Source of the DNA: Trueperaceae bacterium
Lineage (GTDB): Bacteria; Deinococcota; Deinococci; Deinococcales; Trueperaceae
Reading direction: 5' to 3'
NCBI GenBank assembly: GCA_965214405.1
Contig: OZ243956.1
Span: 3,392,001 to 3,456,000 of the forward strand
Length of the DNA stretch: 64,000 nucleotides
The notes under the pieces are model-generated. The model was given only the letters and a program-made list of their open reading frames with translations. It did no database searches and was not told the origin of the DNA. Numbering within the stretch: position 1 is the stretch's first letter; each line of letters starts with the position of its first letter. Position numbers and translations under genes: made by a program. Shown one piece after another: positions 40,040 through 50,771 of this stretch.

Positions 40040-41824
40040 ATGACCGTAAAGAAACTCTTACTCGCCGCTTCGCTGCTGCTCTGGGGGCTTGCGAGCGCCC
40101 AGAACATCCCAGAACTGCTCCCCAACAACACGATTCTCGCGCTCGGGATGCAGGATTTGTCGGCGCAAGAGGCCAAGTTTCAACCCTTCGTCGATGAGTT
40201 CGAGCGGCTCGAGCTCGGCCAGGCCCTGGCCGTGCTTTTCAACGAGGGCGACGAAGACATGTTTGGCGATATGACCGGTGGTGATGCGACCGGCGGCGAT
40301 ATGACCGGTGGCATGATGAATGAAGACCTTTTTTCGGGTGAGCTCGAGGGCCTCACCGTCTACGACCTCTTGGGTCAAGACGCCTGGATTGACGTGTCAG
40401 CCTCGTCGTTTAACCCGCTCCCCGCCTTGACGCTCATCACGCGCCTGAGTGATGAAGCGACATCTAAACTTCAAGCCGCTTTGGACGATAACCAAACCAC
40501 CAGGAGCGAGGACGTTCAGACGCTTACCGAAGGCGACTACACCTTTTACCAGGAGGGCGTCGAGGACGCCGACCCCATCCAGGTCGTGGCCTACGCGCTC
40601 ACTGACAACCTGCTGATGCTCTCGACCAACCCCGACACCCTGCGCGGGGTGCTGCGGCAGCTCGGCGGCTCCGAAGACCCCTCGTTTGTGGACAGCGAGG
40701 GCTACACGAACACGCTGGGGCGGCTCGAGTCCGGCGCGCTTTACGCCTACATCGACTACGCGCAAATCGCGGACGCCGTCGCGCCCCTGGCGAGCAACTT
40801 CGGCTTCGACGCGCTCGTGACCCGGCTTTCGCAAGCCTTGACGACGGCGGGTGTGGCGGGCAGCACGATTCGCGTGACCGATGATGGTTTAGTCCAAGAG
40901 GGTTATCAGGTTCCCAATGCTGATGGCGGCGACACGACGCTCTACGGCCTCCTGACCAACGCCGACCCGACCACGCAGGACGCGCTTTCGTTCGTGCCCG
41001 AAGATGCGCTTGCCTACTCGAGCGCCACCGCCAATCTCCAGGGATGGTGGGACTACCTCAACGAACTCGCGGCGAGCGTGCCCGAGTTGGGCGGCGACCT
41101 CAATACCCTGCTGCTGTCGTTTTTCGGCGTGGACTTACGCACCACCTTTTTTGACTGGACGGGCTCGCAAGTGACCTCGGTCACTACCGGCGTCAGCGAG
41201 ATGGTGGAGCCGGGTGTGGCCGCCGAGAACCTGCTCGGCGAGAGTGTTTTTATCATCCCCACCACCGACGAAGAAGCGGCGAGAACGGGCTTGCAAACGC
41301 TTTTCCAAAACCTCACACAAGCGGTATCCGCTTTTGCCGACCCCCAAGGCGGCACGGGCGGCGCGGTCATGGACGCTTCTGACGTAGGCGGCGTAAGCGT
41401 GACGCGTTACGACCTCACCAACGGGGTGAGCCTGAGTTACGCGGTGACGGACGGGCAGGTGCTGATAGCGACCTCGGCGGAGGCGATGCAGGCGGTGCTG
41501 GACGCCAAGGCGAACAACACCAGCATCACCAACAGCGACGCTTACAACACGCTCCAGGAAGTTGCGCCCGAGGGCGCCTCTTCGGTCACGCTGACCGACC
41601 AAAGGAGCACGCTCGAGAGCGTCGCCCAGCAGGTCGCGGCGCAGCTCGAGCTGACCGCGGGCTTAACGGGCGCGCAGAACTTAGACTTTGACGCGGTGAG
41701 CGACGCGAGCAGCAAGTTAGAAGAATTCATTACCTTCGTCGCGGGCAAGTTCGGCACGAGCGTGGGCTACGGCGAGCGCGGCGAGACCATTCGTACCTAC
41801 GGCCAAACAGACGTAACCTGGTAA
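40040..41824 (+). CDS. Secreted acidic protein, possibly DUF3352-like
   Basis: Signal peptide, AGGAGG RBS, GDMTGG repeats. Family assignment tentative. Confidence 0.6.
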   Translation: MTVKKLLLAASLLLWGLASAQNIPELLPNNTILALGMQDLSAQEAKFQPFVDEFERLELGQALAVLFNEGDEDMFGDMTGGDATGGDMTGGMMNEDLFSGELEGLTVYDLLGQDAWIDVSASSFNPLPALTLITRLSDEATSKLQAALDDNQTTRSEDVQTLTEGDYTFYQEGVEDADPIQVVAYALTDNLLMLSTNPDTLRGVLRQLGGSEDPSFVDSEGYTNTLGRLESGALYAYIDYAQIADAVAPLASNFGFDALVTRLSQALTTAGVAGSTIRVTDDGLVQEGYQVPNADGGDTTLYGLLTNADPTTQDALSFVPEDALAYSSATANLQGWWDYLNELAASVPELGGDLNTLLLSFFGVDLRTTFFDWTGSQVTSVTTGVSEMVEPGVAAENLLGESVFIIPTTDEEAARTGLQTLFQNLTQAVSAFADPQGGTGGAVMDASDVGGVSVTRYDLTNGVSLSYAVTDGQVLIATSAEAMQAVLDAKANNTSITNSDAYNTLQEVAPEGASSVTLTDQRSTLESVAQQVAAQLELTAGLTGAQNLDFDAVSDASSKLEEFITFVAGKFGTSVGYGERGETIRTYGQTDVTW

Positions 41825-41844
41825 GCGTTTACCAAGGTAACGCG

Positions 41845-41876
41845 ACATCCTCCCGATTAAGGGAGGATGTTTTCTT
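41845..41876 (+). terminator. Intrinsic terminator
   Basis: ACATCCTCCC-GATTAA-GGGAGGATGT followed by TTTCTT. Confidence 0.8.
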
Positions 41877-41898
41877 GCGCCTCACACGTTTGCAGCTT

Positions 41899-43311
41899 TC
41901 ACATCTTTAGCAGCAGCGCCCCGGAACGTGCGGGCAGCGTGAGCGCGTCCGTCTCCCCGGCCAGCGTGCTCAGCAGAGGGCGGTATTGGCCCTCGAGCCC
42001 CAACTCTCCAGCTTCATCACTCGTATTGAGCGCGCCCACCAAACGAGTATTATCTAAGTCCCTTGCATAAACATAAAGCCCGTCCTTCGCTTGAAGGGTC
42101 CGGAAAGTTCCGCGGCGGAGCGCCGGGTGCTCCAAACGCAGCGCGGTGAGGCGTCTGACAAACCCCAACAGAGCCTCGTTCCATTGCCCCTTCTGCTCCC
42201 AGGGCATCCCCTGACGACACTCTGGGTCGTGCCCGCCCGTTAAACCGAGTTCATCGCCGTAATAGAGGCAGGGCGTGCCCGGAAAGGTCAGGAGAAAAAG
42301 GAGTGACATCCGCAGCGCCGCCTCATCCTCACAGAGCACGGTGAGCGCCCTTGGCGTGTCATGAGAGCCCAACAGGTTGAACTGCACGTTGGTGACTTCG
42401 GGGGGATAGTGGTGGAGCAGCACCTCCACCTCCTTTGCAAACGCTTCTGCGCCTAGCGGCTCGATGTGCTGGTAGCCACAGCGCTTTATTTGCTCCTCGT
42501 CAAGTTCGCTGGCGGTAAAGCCAAAGGCGGCTCGAGTAAAGGGGTAGTTCATCACCGCGTCGAACTGGTCGCCCTGAAGCCAGTGCGAGGCGTCGTCCCA
42601 GATTTCGCCCACGATGTAACACTCCGGGTTAACCGCGCGGCAGCGTCTGCGGAACTCCCTCCAAAACGCGTCATCGCGGATTTCGTTGGGCACGTCCAGA
42701 CGCCAGGCGTCGATGCCCATGTCCAGCCAATGCGTCGCCACGTCCCACAAAAACTCGCGCACCGCGGGCGTGTCGGTGTTGAACTTGGGCAGCGCGGGCA
42801 GGTCCCACCAGGCCTCGTAGCCAAGCCCGCCGCGGCCCCCGTAGGCGTTGAGCGGGAACTTACGGACGTGAAACCAGTCGAGATAGGCGCTATGTGCGCC
42901 GTTTTCCAGGATGTCGTTGAACTGAAAAAAGCCGCGGCTGGCGTGGTTGAAAACGCCGTCGAGCATGATTTTCATGCCCCGCGCGTGGAGCGCGTCTACA
43001 AGTTCTCGCAACGCCTTGTTGCCGCCCAGCATTGGGTCCACTTGATAGTAGTCGTGGGTGTGGTAGCGGTGGTTCGAGGCGGACTGAAACACGGGGTTGA
43101 AGTAGAGCGCGGTGACGCCCAAATCCTGCAAGTAGTCAAGCCTCTCCACCACGCCCAGCAAATCGCCGCCTTTGTAGCCGTGGATGGTGGGGGGGCTCGT
43201 CCAGGGCTCGAGCTCGCTCGGTTTTTTCACGCGTTCGCTTTTGGCGAAGCGGTCGGGGAAGATTTGGTAGAACACGGCGTCGCGGACCCAGTCGGGGGTG
43301 GTGATGTTCAT
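41899..43311 (-). CDS. Neopullulanase/cyclomaltodextrinase-like GH13 enzyme
   Basis: FYQIFPDRF, DGVFNH, WRLDVP, GEIW, LLGSHDT, YYGDE. Confidence 0.92.
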   Translation of the reverse strand: MNITTPDWVRDAVFYQIFPDRFAKSERVKKPSELEPWTSPPTIHGYKGGDLLGVVERLDYLQDLGVTALYFNPVFQSASNHRYHTHDYYQVDPMLGGNKALRELVDALHARGMKIMLDGVFNHASRGFFQFNDILENGAHSAYLDWFHVRKFPLNAYGGRGGLGYEAWWDLPALPKFNTDTPAVREFLWDVATHWLDMGIDAWRLDVPNEIRDDAFWREFRRRCRAVNPECYIVGEIWDDASHWLQGDQFDAVMNYPFTRAAFGFTASELDEEQIKRCGYQHIEPLGAEAFAKEVEVLLHHYPPEVTNVQFNLLGSHDTPRALTVLCEDEAALRMSLLFLLTFPGTPCLYYGDELGLTGGHDPECRQGMPWEQKGQWNEALLGFVRRLTALRLEHPALRRGTFRTLQAKDGLYVYARDLDNTRLVGALNTSDEAGELGLEGQYRPLLSTLAGETDALTLPARSGALLLKM

Positions 43312-43546
43312 GGGTTGGTCATTCTCCTTGGGGCTGCGCGGTTGGCGCGCTGCTGTTATTTCACCATAAAGAGGAGGCGGAAAGGTGCGGCTGTTACGTG
43401 TGCAGCGCGGAATGGGAGAGGGGGCTCGAGGCTAACATGGTGACTTTGCACCTGTCCTCGCTCCGTTTTGGTATTTTAGAGACTGGTAAATTACGCGTTG
43501 TCTTGCTTCTCATGCTAAAATTGGGGCGTTAAACGAGGTGAAACGA

Positions 43547-43765
43547 ATGCGGGCCACATCTCAAAATCCGGATGTTATGAGTGGGGCTTTAGTGTTTGCG
43601 GGCACTCGCGTTCCCGTCGCAACCTTCATCGACTATCTCAAAGCCGGTGAGTCTATCGACCGTTTCTTAGAGGGTTTTCCAACCGTGACACGGGAGCAAG
43701 CGGAGGCTTTTTTACAAGAAGCGCTCGAGACGATAAAGTCACGCCATGAAGCGCCTGCTGCTTGA
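43547..43765 (+). CDS. DUF433 antitoxin
   Basis: PDVMSGALVFAGTRVPV, FLEGFPTVTREQ. Confidence 0.88.
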   Translation: MRATSQNPDVMSGALVFAGTRVPVATFIDYLKAGESIDRFLEGFPTVTREQAEAFLQEALETIKSRHEAPAA

Positions 43766-44072
43766 CGAAAACATTGACAGGATGCTCAAAGAGCTTTTCG
43801 ACAATGATTTTGAAGTTGTCACCATTGCTGAGAGAGGCTGGCAAGGCAAGAAAAACGGCGAGCTGCTTCGCCTGACAGCAAACGAGTTTGACGTTTTCGT
43901 AACGATGGACAAGAACCTAGAGTATCAGCAAAACCTGGGCGCGCTCGATTTAGCCGTCGTGGTCATCCGCGCTTACAGTAACGCGTTTGCTATTGTTTCC
44001 ACGCTCATGCCCAGAGTGAACGAAACCGTACGCACCGCAGAAATTGGTGTCGCCACCCACGTCACAACGTGA
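43746..44072 (+). CDS. DUF5615 PIN-like toxin
   Basis: LLLDENI, GWQGKKNGELL, FVTMDKNLEYQQNL; overlaps the DUF433 gene. Confidence 0.85.
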   Translation: MKRLLLDENIDRMLKELFDNDFEVVTIAERGWQGKKNGELLRLTANEFDVFVTMDKNLEYQQNLGALDLAVVVIRAYSNAFAIVSTLMPRVNETVRTAEIGVATHVTT

Positions 44073-44115
44073 CTACACACTGCAAGAGACACATAATGAT
44101 GCTGTGTTGGAACGA

Positions 44116-44658
44116 ATGAACATGAACGTCATACAAATTGCGAAACGGTACGCCCTTGACCACCACGGAAAACAGTGTCGTCCGAACGCGTCCGAAGAAC
44201 CCATTGGCGTTCACTTGGCAGAAGTAAGCAGCTACGTCATTGATGAAGGTGTCTCTGAATCCGTGGTGGCGGCAGCGTGGCTGCATGACGTGGTTGAAGA
44301 CACTGAAGTCACGCTTGACATGATTGGGCGCGAATTTGGCGAGCCCGTTCGCTGCCTTGTTGCCGGACTAACCGACCCCAAAGACTTTTCCGCGCTGCCA
44401 CTCGAGAAAAGAAAGCCAAGGCAGGCAAAAAGATTGGCTACACTGACAGATGACGTAAAAATCATAAAACTAGCCGATCAAATTTCCAACCTAAAGTCGG
44501 TAATTTTTGATCCGCCGCTGGATTGGGATTCAGAGAAGTGCCTGCGGTACATCCAAGGTGCAACGTCGGTTGCGAACGTGTGCCAAGGATTATCAAAACG
44601 CTTGGACGATTTGGTTTTGACGTACCGCAACGTAGCCGCCGAGAAGTACGGTCTGTAG
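44116..44658 (+). CDS. HD-domain protein, small alarmone hydrolase-like
   Basis: HLAEV, AAWLHDVVEDT, LTD, IKLADQISNL match the RelA/SpoT hydrolase domain. Start uncertain. Confidence 0.8.
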   Translation: MNMNVIQIAKRYALDHHGKQCRPNASEEPIGVHLAEVSSYVIDEGVSESVVAAAWLHDVVEDTEVTLDMIGREFGEPVRCLVAGLTDPKDFSALPLEKRKPRQAKRLATLTDDVKIIKLADQISNLKSVIFDPPLDWDSEKCLRYIQGATSVANVCQGLSKRLDDLVLTYRNVAAEKYGL

Positions 44659-44710
44659 TCCAACAGAACAATGCACCGGACGCTCCAACAGGCACTGGTG
44701 ATCCTTAGCG

Positions 44711-46207
44711 TTATTCCGGCTTGAGCAGCGGAAACAAAATTACATCCCGGATGCTGGGCGCGTCCGCCAAGAGCATCACCAGGCGGTCAATACCCAAGCC
44801 CAACCCGCCCGTCGGCGGCATCCCGTACTCCAAGGCGGTCAAGAAATCCTCATCGAGTGCGTGCGCCTCTTCGTCGCCAGCCTCGCGTAAAGATTGCTGA
44901 AGCTCGAAGCGCTCGCGCTGGTCTAGGGGGTCGTTGAGTTCGGAAAACGCGTTGCCGAGTTCCATCCCTACGCAAACGGGCTCGAAGCGTTCGACCAGGC
45001 CGGGCCTCGAGCGGTGCCGCTTAGCCAGCGGACTAATCGCCAGCGGGTGGTCCATGACAAAAACCGGACCCTGCAAGTGGGGTTCTACGTAGATGTCATA
45101 GAGCTTGTCGTAAATTCCGTTGATGGGCGCGTCGGCGAGTGCTTCACCGTTATTCTTGGGACCGTCTTTGGGCGCGTGATGTTCACGTACCCAGGCGCGC
45201 AGCTTTGCCTCGTCCAGGGGGTCAAAGTTGAGTCCAGCGCGCGCCGCGAGTTCGCCCGTGTAGTCAACGCGCCCCCAGGGCTTGCTAAAGTCGAGTGTGA
45301 CGCCCTGATAGGTGAGGGTCGTGGAACCTGTCAGCTCCTCCACCAGACGGCTATACATATCTTCGACAAGTTCCAGAATATCCAAATAATCCTTGCCTGC
45401 CCAGTAGAGTTCCAACATGGTGTACTCAGGATTATGTTTGTAAGAAATGCCCTCGTTACGAAAGTTGCGCCCGATCTCAAAAACCGCCTCAAAGCCGCCC
45501 ACGATAAGGCGCTTGAGGTAGAGTTCTAAAGAAATCCGCAGGTGAAAGTCATAGTCGAGCGCGTTGTGGTGCGTGTTAAAGGGCCGCGCCTCGGCCCCGC
45601 CGGGCACGCTCTGCAAGACGGGCGTTTCGACTTCTAAAAAGCCCAAGTCTTCTAAGTAACGCCGGATGTAAGACACTGCCTTGGAGCGCAGCACGAACGC
45701 GCGCTTGACTTCAGGATTGACCATCAAGTCCAGATAGCGCTGGCGGTAGCGCTGCTCTTTGTCGGCTAGGCCGTGGTACTTGTCAGGCAGGGGCCGCAGC
45801 GACTTGACGAGCGGGCGGAAGTCCGTGGCCCTGACCGTCAATTCGCCCGTTTGGGTCATAAAAAGCGGGCCGGTGACCTCGAGCCAGTCGCCGATGTCCA
45901 CCTTTTTGAGCGCGTTGTAACGCGGTAGCGCGTCCTTTTGAAAGTACGCCTGGATGGTCCCCGACGCGTCTTGCAGGGTCACAAAGGTCACCTTGCCCAT
46001 CAGCCGCACCGTCATGGCGCGGCCCGCCACTGTCACGGTTTCGTCCGTCTCGTCACCCGCCGCCGCGCCTTCGTACCGTTCTTGTAACTCGGCGGCCTGG
46101 TGGCTCGCGCGAAAATCATAAGGGTAGGCCTCGAACCCCCGCTCCACGAGAGAAGCCAGGTTTTTGAGGCGCTGTTCGCGTTGTTCGTTAAGGGATTTTT
46201 GGGTCAT
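44711..46207 (-). CDS. lysS: Lysine--tRNA ligase (class II)
   Basis: [47 protein letters not shown]. Confidence 0.97.
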   Translation of the reverse strand: MTQKSLNEQREQRLKNLASLVERGFEAYPYDFRASHQAAELQERYEGAAAGDETDETVTVAGRAMTVRLMGKVTFVTLQDASGTIQAYFQKDALPRYNALKKVDIGDWLEVTGPLFMTQTGELTVRATDFRPLVKSLRPLPDKYHGLADKEQRYRQRYLDLMVNPEVKRAFVLRSKAVSYIRRYLEDLGFLEVETPVLQSVPGGAEARPFNTHHNALDYDFHLRISLELYLKRLIVGGFEAVFEIGRNFRNEGISYKHNPEYTMLELYWAGKDYLDILELVEDMYSRLVEELTGSTTLTYQGVTLDFSKPWGRVDYTGELAARAGLNFDPLDEAKLRAWVREHHAPKDGPKNNGEALADAPINGIYDKLYDIYVEPHLQGPVFVMDHPLAISPLAKRHRSRPGLVERFEPVCVGMELGNAFSELNDPLDQRERFELQQSLREAGDEEAHALDEDFLTALEYGMPPTGGLGLGIDRLVMLLADAPSIRDVILFPLLKPE

Positions 46208-46320
46208 GATAGTGGGTATCATCCAGTTTGGGAAAGATTTGGTTGATGCGTTGCTGTCCAAAGCTTAGTAGATGAGATGATGCACACGCCCAGCCAACTC
46301 AGCATTCGCAGACATCCCCT

Positions 46321-46782
46321 TCAGCTTATCGCCACGACCTTATACTCGGTCGTTTTGTTGTTGATCGTCACCTTGAAGCTGTCGCCCGGTTTGCGGCCCA
46401 CGAGCGCCTTGCCTAAGGGTGACTCGTCGGAGATGCGGGGGATGTCGCCCTCCAAAACGCCCGCCTCGACGGGGGACACGAGCTGCACGTCGAAACCGTC
46501 CGCGCCGCTCGGTTGCAGCGTGACGACCGCGCCAAGGTCGACCTTGTCGTGCTCGTGCGCCTCGATGATGTGCGCGCGCTCGAGCTGGTCCTCAAGATCA
46601 TCAATGCGGTTCTCGATGCGCGCCTTTTCGCTCTTGGCGTCTTCCAAACCTGAGTCGTCGTAATCATCCGAAGAGCCGGTGAGTTCGCGTAAAATACGCG
46701 TCGCCTCGTCCAGGCGTCTGCGCTCTTTTTCCAACGTGCCTTGCAAACGGTCATACCCTTCTTGTGTCAGGCGTATCGCCAT
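46321..46782 (-). CDS. greA: GreA/GreB family transcription elongation factor
   Basis: LTQEGYDRL, coiled coil, ISDESPLGKALVG. Confidence 0.85.
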   Translation of the reverse strand: MAIRLTQEGYDRLQGTLEKERRRLDEATRILRELTGSSDDYDDSGLEDAKSEKARIENRIDDLEDQLERAHIIEAHEHDKVDLGAVVTLQPSGADGFDVQLVSPVEAGVLEGDIPRISDESPLGKALVGRKPGDSFKVTINNKTTEYKVVAIS

Positions 46783-47048
46783 ATGAACCTCCTAAGCCTC
46801 ATTTTTTATCTAAGTCTTGTCCCTGGTCTTGTGTGGTCGTGACGGCGCGCCCCTTGAGGACGGCTCACGCTAAAAGTACCGTAGCGCGCTTATTGTAGCC
46901 CAAAAAAGGTCGCCGTGCTAGACGTTGGAGAACAGGAGAACAGGTGTCGGGATGGGAAGTCACCCAACCTACACCAAGTCCCAACGCCCGGTGAGGCAAA
47001 CGTGGCATCTCTCTCACCACACAAGAGGTGAAAATCATAGACTCAGGT

Positions 47049-48875
47049 ATGCAAAAGCGTTTTGCTCTTGGTACGGCTCTTCTCATAGCAGGTGCTCTCT
47101 GGCTCGGCGTGTGGCTGGCGCTGCCAACCTTTGGGCAGGTGCGCGTGCCGATGCCCGCGGTTCGCGCCGTCGTCTCGGACCCCTACGACGACCCGCTGCT
47201 GTGGCCCTACGGGCGCTACCGCGACGCGCTGTTGGCGGGGGATACGGTGGCCTTAGTCGCGCTTTTAGACGAGGTGCGGGGGACATACCTTGAGTACCGC
47301 ACGCTGCTGACGCTGGCGAGCCTCCCCGGTGAGGACGCCGCCAGGCGCGCCCGGTGGTACAGCCGCGCGCTCCTTCTCCCGCCCGACGACCCGCTGGCGC
47401 GCGCCGACACGAGAGCGCACTGGTTGGAAGCCGCCGGGTTGTTCGAGGCGGCGGGGGAGACCGAGGATGCGGTTCAGGCCTACACAAAGGCGCTCCCTCG
47501 AGCCGAGGCGGTGCGCGGGTTGCAGAGGCTCGAGACGCGCCCGCTGGTCCTTGCCAACATCTTTTTGGACGCGCGGCAGTACAGAAACGCGCTTCATGCG
47601 CTTGACGGGGCGGACGCGCCCTCTCTCGCGGCCCCCGCCTACCGCGCGCTGGGCGAGCATGAAAGCGCCTTGGACGCGTTTGAGCGCTGGCTGCTAGAGG
47701 ACCCCACGAACGAGACCGCCCTTGGAGGCCGCGCCTGGACGCTCCTGTCGCTGGGCCGCAACGCGGAGGCGGCGGTCGCGTTTGCGGCGCTCGGCGGTCC
47801 CGACGCGCTCTACGGCGAGGGTATCTTGGCCCGCCGCGCGGGTGACTTAGACGGGGCGGTGCGCCTACTCAGAGAGAGCGGCGACCCCAAAAATCTCTGG
47901 GTCGCCACCGACTTGCTAGAGAGCAGCGGACGTCAAAAAGAAGCCGTCGACGTTTATCTCCAACTCGCGGGGCTCGAGTCCAGTTACGCCGCCGAGGCCG
48001 CCTACCGCGCGCTCGTCTTGGCCGAGCGTTCCGGCGACGCGCTCGCGGCGGCTCGAGCCGAGGCGCTGCTGCCGCCCGACTCTTACTTAGGGCTCAAGCG
48101 CGGGCGGGTGCTGGGGCTGCCCCAGACCACCCGCTTGCCCACCGTCACCCCGCCCGTGCTGGCGCTCGCCAACGCGCTCGCCAAGGTGAACGACCAGGAG
48201 GCGGCGGTGGGCGAACTCTTATTTGCTCTTAAAGACGCGTCCGACGAGGCCACGAGTGTGGCGGTCGCCGAGCGGCTGCAACTTTTCGGCGAGTACCGCC
48301 AGAGCGGTCGCGCCGCCGAGGGCTGGCTGTCGGGGGGTTCTCAGAACCTTCGCACCTGGGAGCTGGCCTACCCCCGCGCGTATCCGGACATCGTGGGGCT
48401 CGAGGCCACGCGCCAAAACGTCCCGCCCGAACTCATCTGGGCCGTGATGCGTCAGGAGTCGCGCTTTTACCCCCAGGCGGTCTCGCGCTCCAACGCCAAA
48501 GGGCTCATGCAGTTCATCCCTTCCACCTGGGACTGGGTGGCCGAACTTCTCAAAGAAGCGCCGGGCGACCCCTTTACACCTGCAGACAATATCCGCTACG
48601 GCGCGTTCTACCTGCGCTACTTGCTCGACTACTTCGGCGGTGATCTAGAACTCGCCGTTCCGGCCTACAACGGCGGTCAGGGGCGGGTGCGCCGCCTTTT
48701 CGAGGGTGACACAATTAGAGGCAACAAAGACGACTTCTACCGTTTTATCGACGCCCCCGAGACGCGCGACTATTTGCAGCAGGTCATGCTCAACTACGAG
48801 GTCTATAAGAGCCTCTACGGCGGGATCTCTGAACGCGCCGAAGGAACCGCGGGCAACGCTCTTAAGACGCCCTGA
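47049..48875 (+). CDS. Soluble lytic transglycosylase with TPR-like repeats
   Basis: AVMRQESRF, AKGLMQF, AYNGG, ETRDY, and an N-terminal signal or anchor. Confidence 0.9.
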   Translation: MQKRFALGTALLIAGALWLGVWLALPTFGQVRVPMPAVRAVVSDPYDDPLLWPYGRYRDALLAGDTVALVALLDEVRGTYLEYRTLLTLASLPGEDAARRARWYSRALLLPPDDPLARADTRAHWLEAAGLFEAAGETEDAVQAYTKALPRAEAVRGLQRLETRPLVLANIFLDARQYRNALHALDGADAPSLAAPAYRALGEHESALDAFERWLLEDPTNETALGGRAWTLLSLGRNAEAAVAFAALGGPDALYGEGILARRAGDLDGAVRLLRESGDPKNLWVATDLLESSGRQKEAVDVYLQLAGLESSYAAEAAYRALVLAERSGDALAAARAEALLPPDSYLGLKRGRVLGLPQTTRLPTVTPPVLALANALAKVNDQEAAVGELLFALKDASDEATSVAVAERLQLFGEYRQSGRAAEGWLSGGSQNLRTWELAYPRAYPDIVGLEATRQNVPPELIWAVMRQESRFYPQAVSRSNAKGLMQFIPSTWDWVAELLKEAPGDPFTPADNIRYGAFYLRYLLDYFGGDLELAVPAYNGGQGRVRRLFEGDTIRGNKDDFYRFIDAPETRDYLQQVMLNYEVYKSLYGGISERAEGTAGNALKTP

Positions 48876-48962
48876 GTGTGTAACCAGCAAAGAGCTACTG
48901 TTAAACGATGTCCGAACGGTTTCGGAGATGACGGTCTGACCCTCGACCGGGTAAGATGAGGT

Positions 48963-49365
48963 GTGGCGAACCGTGCAAATGACCGGCTGCAACAAGCGGA
49001 ACGCGACCTTGCGCAAGCTGGAGCGTCAGAAGAGGCGGGTAGATTTGAGTAGGCCTGCTTTGCCGCTCACCAAGCGGCTGAAAAGGCGGTCAAGGCGCTC
49101 CACCTGAGTCAGGGACAAGAGGCCTGAGGCCTGGGGTCATGTTGTGGCGAAGTTGCTGACCGAGCTGCCACAAACGCTCGAGCTGCCCAACCTGTTGGTA
49201 GACAAAGCGCGCGTTCTGGATAATTTCTACATCCCTACACGTTACCCGGACAGTCACAGCGAAGGTGCGCCCTTCAAGCACTACGGCCCATTACAAAGTG
49301 GGGAGGCTCTACGGTATGCCGGTGAAATCCTCTCATTCGTCCGTAGTCGTTTGGCCGAAGCGTGA
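48963..49365 (+). pseudogene. HEPN-domain protein pseudogene
   Basis: ACFAAHQAAEKAVKA and YIPTRYPD motifs, an in-frame TAG at 49050, and a 7-bp duplication GAGGCCT at 49119-49132. Confidence 0.88.
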
Positions 49366-49710
49366 AGCGGTCCACCGCGCGCTTCACGCTTGGGCAAAGG
49401 ATTGGCGGAAGAGCAGAAAAATCTTTTGGCGGTGGGGTACTTTGGTTCCTACGCGAGGGGCGACTACGGGGTGGGCAGCGACCTCGACCTCGTCGTGCTC
49501 CTTACCCATTCCGACGAGCCTCCCGAGCGTCGTGCGCTGAACTGGCCTTTGGAAACCCTTCCGGTGGGCGTTGATGTTCTGGTTTACACGCAAGGGGAGT
49601 GGCAACTAGGCGTACAAAAGGGTACACGCACTTTCAACATGTTGGGGGCAACGACTGTGTGGGTGTGGGGCGAGGCACCTCACTCTTTTGCCGAGAGCGC
49701 GTCGTCGTAG
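49316..49710 (+). pseudogene. Minimal nucleotidyltransferase (MNT), frameshifted
   Basis: The N-terminus MPVKSSHSSVVVWP is out of frame with YFGSYARGDYGVGSDLDL; the shift is near 49399. Confidence 0.8.
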
Positions 49711-50771
49711 ACGGCGCGCGTCTTTTTCAGCATACGCTCCAGTCCAAAATGGGCTTCAAAGCGCCTGCGCCCTTCCGCGCCCAAATGCGCTCTTAGTTCG
49801 GAATTTTTCAGCAACAGCTCGAGCCGCTTACGCAACGTCGCCGCGTCCCCCCGCGGCACCAAAAACCCCGTCTCGCCCTCTCCCACCGCCTCGCGCACCC
49901 CGCCCACGTCCGAGGCGATGACCGGCAGCCCCGCGCGCATGGCCTCCAAAATGCTGATGGGGAAGCCTTCCCACTTGGTCGGCAGAACGAACACGTGCGA
50001 CCGCGCTAGCAGGTCGGGAACGTCGTCTCGTGTGCCTAAAAAGGTGACGTTACGAAGCCCCAGCGTGCGCGCGTGCGCCTCGGCCTGCGGTCTGCCGGGA
50101 CCGTCGCCGACCAGCAGGAGGCGGTAAGTGCTTGGGTCTATTTCTGTAAGGGCCTCGAGCAAAAGGTGAGGGTCTTTTTGCGGCACAAATCTGGCGACCA
50201 TGATGACGGTTGGAGGGTTGCTCTCCGGGGCTGCGCGCTCCGGCGTGTCGGGGACGCCGTTATGAATGGTGGCGAGCGCTTCGGGTCTCGCCACCCGGTA
50301 GCGCAGCGCCAGCCGCCGGTCGGCCTCCGATACGGTGATGATCTTTTGCGTCCACTTAGCGGCCACCCACTCGCTCAAGAGCACGACGTTCTTGCGCCGC
50401 CACGGCACGCCGTCGGTAAACCCCCAGCCGTGCGCGGTAAACACCGCCGGGACGCCCGCGCGGCGCGCCGCGACGCGGCCAATCAGCCCGGCTTTAGATG
50501 AGTGAAGATGGACTAGGTCGGGCTTGACGCTCCTGACGCAGCATAGGGCCTCCTCGACCGCTCGAGCGTCTTTGGCGAGGGCGATGGGTCTAACCAGGCT
50601 GGGGAGGATGTGAACCGGCACCCCCAGCGCCCTCGCCTGCCGCGTCAGCACGCCCTCTTCTCCCGTGGCTAAGCTTACGTCCAGTTCATCCCGAAAGCCT
50701 TGCAGCAGGGTTCCGACGTGGCCTGGCGCGCCGCCGTGTTCGGCTCTGGTGATGACGTAAAGAACTTTCAA
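49680..50771 (-). CDS. Glycosyltransferase family 4
   Basis: HLHSSKAG, EGFPISILEAM, SDVGG. The TTG start overlaps the upstream stop. Confidence 0.9.
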   Translation of the reverse strand: MKVLYVITRAEHGGAPGHVGTLLQGFRDELDVSLATGEEGVLTRQARALGVPVHILPSLVRPIALAKDARAVEEALCCVRSVKPDLVHLHSSKAGLIGRVAARRAGVPAVFTAHGWGFTDGVPWRRKNVVLLSEWVAAKWTQKIITVSEADRRLALRYRVARPEALATIHNGVPDTPERAAPESNPPTVIMVARFVPQKDPHLLLEALTEIDPSTYRLLLVGDGPGRPQAEAHARTLGLRNVTFLGTRDDVPDLLARSHVFVLPTKWEGFPISILEAMRAGLPVIASDVGGVREAVGEGETGFLVPRGDAATLRKRLELLLKNSELRAHLGAEGRRRFEAHFGLERMLKKTRAVYDDALSAKE

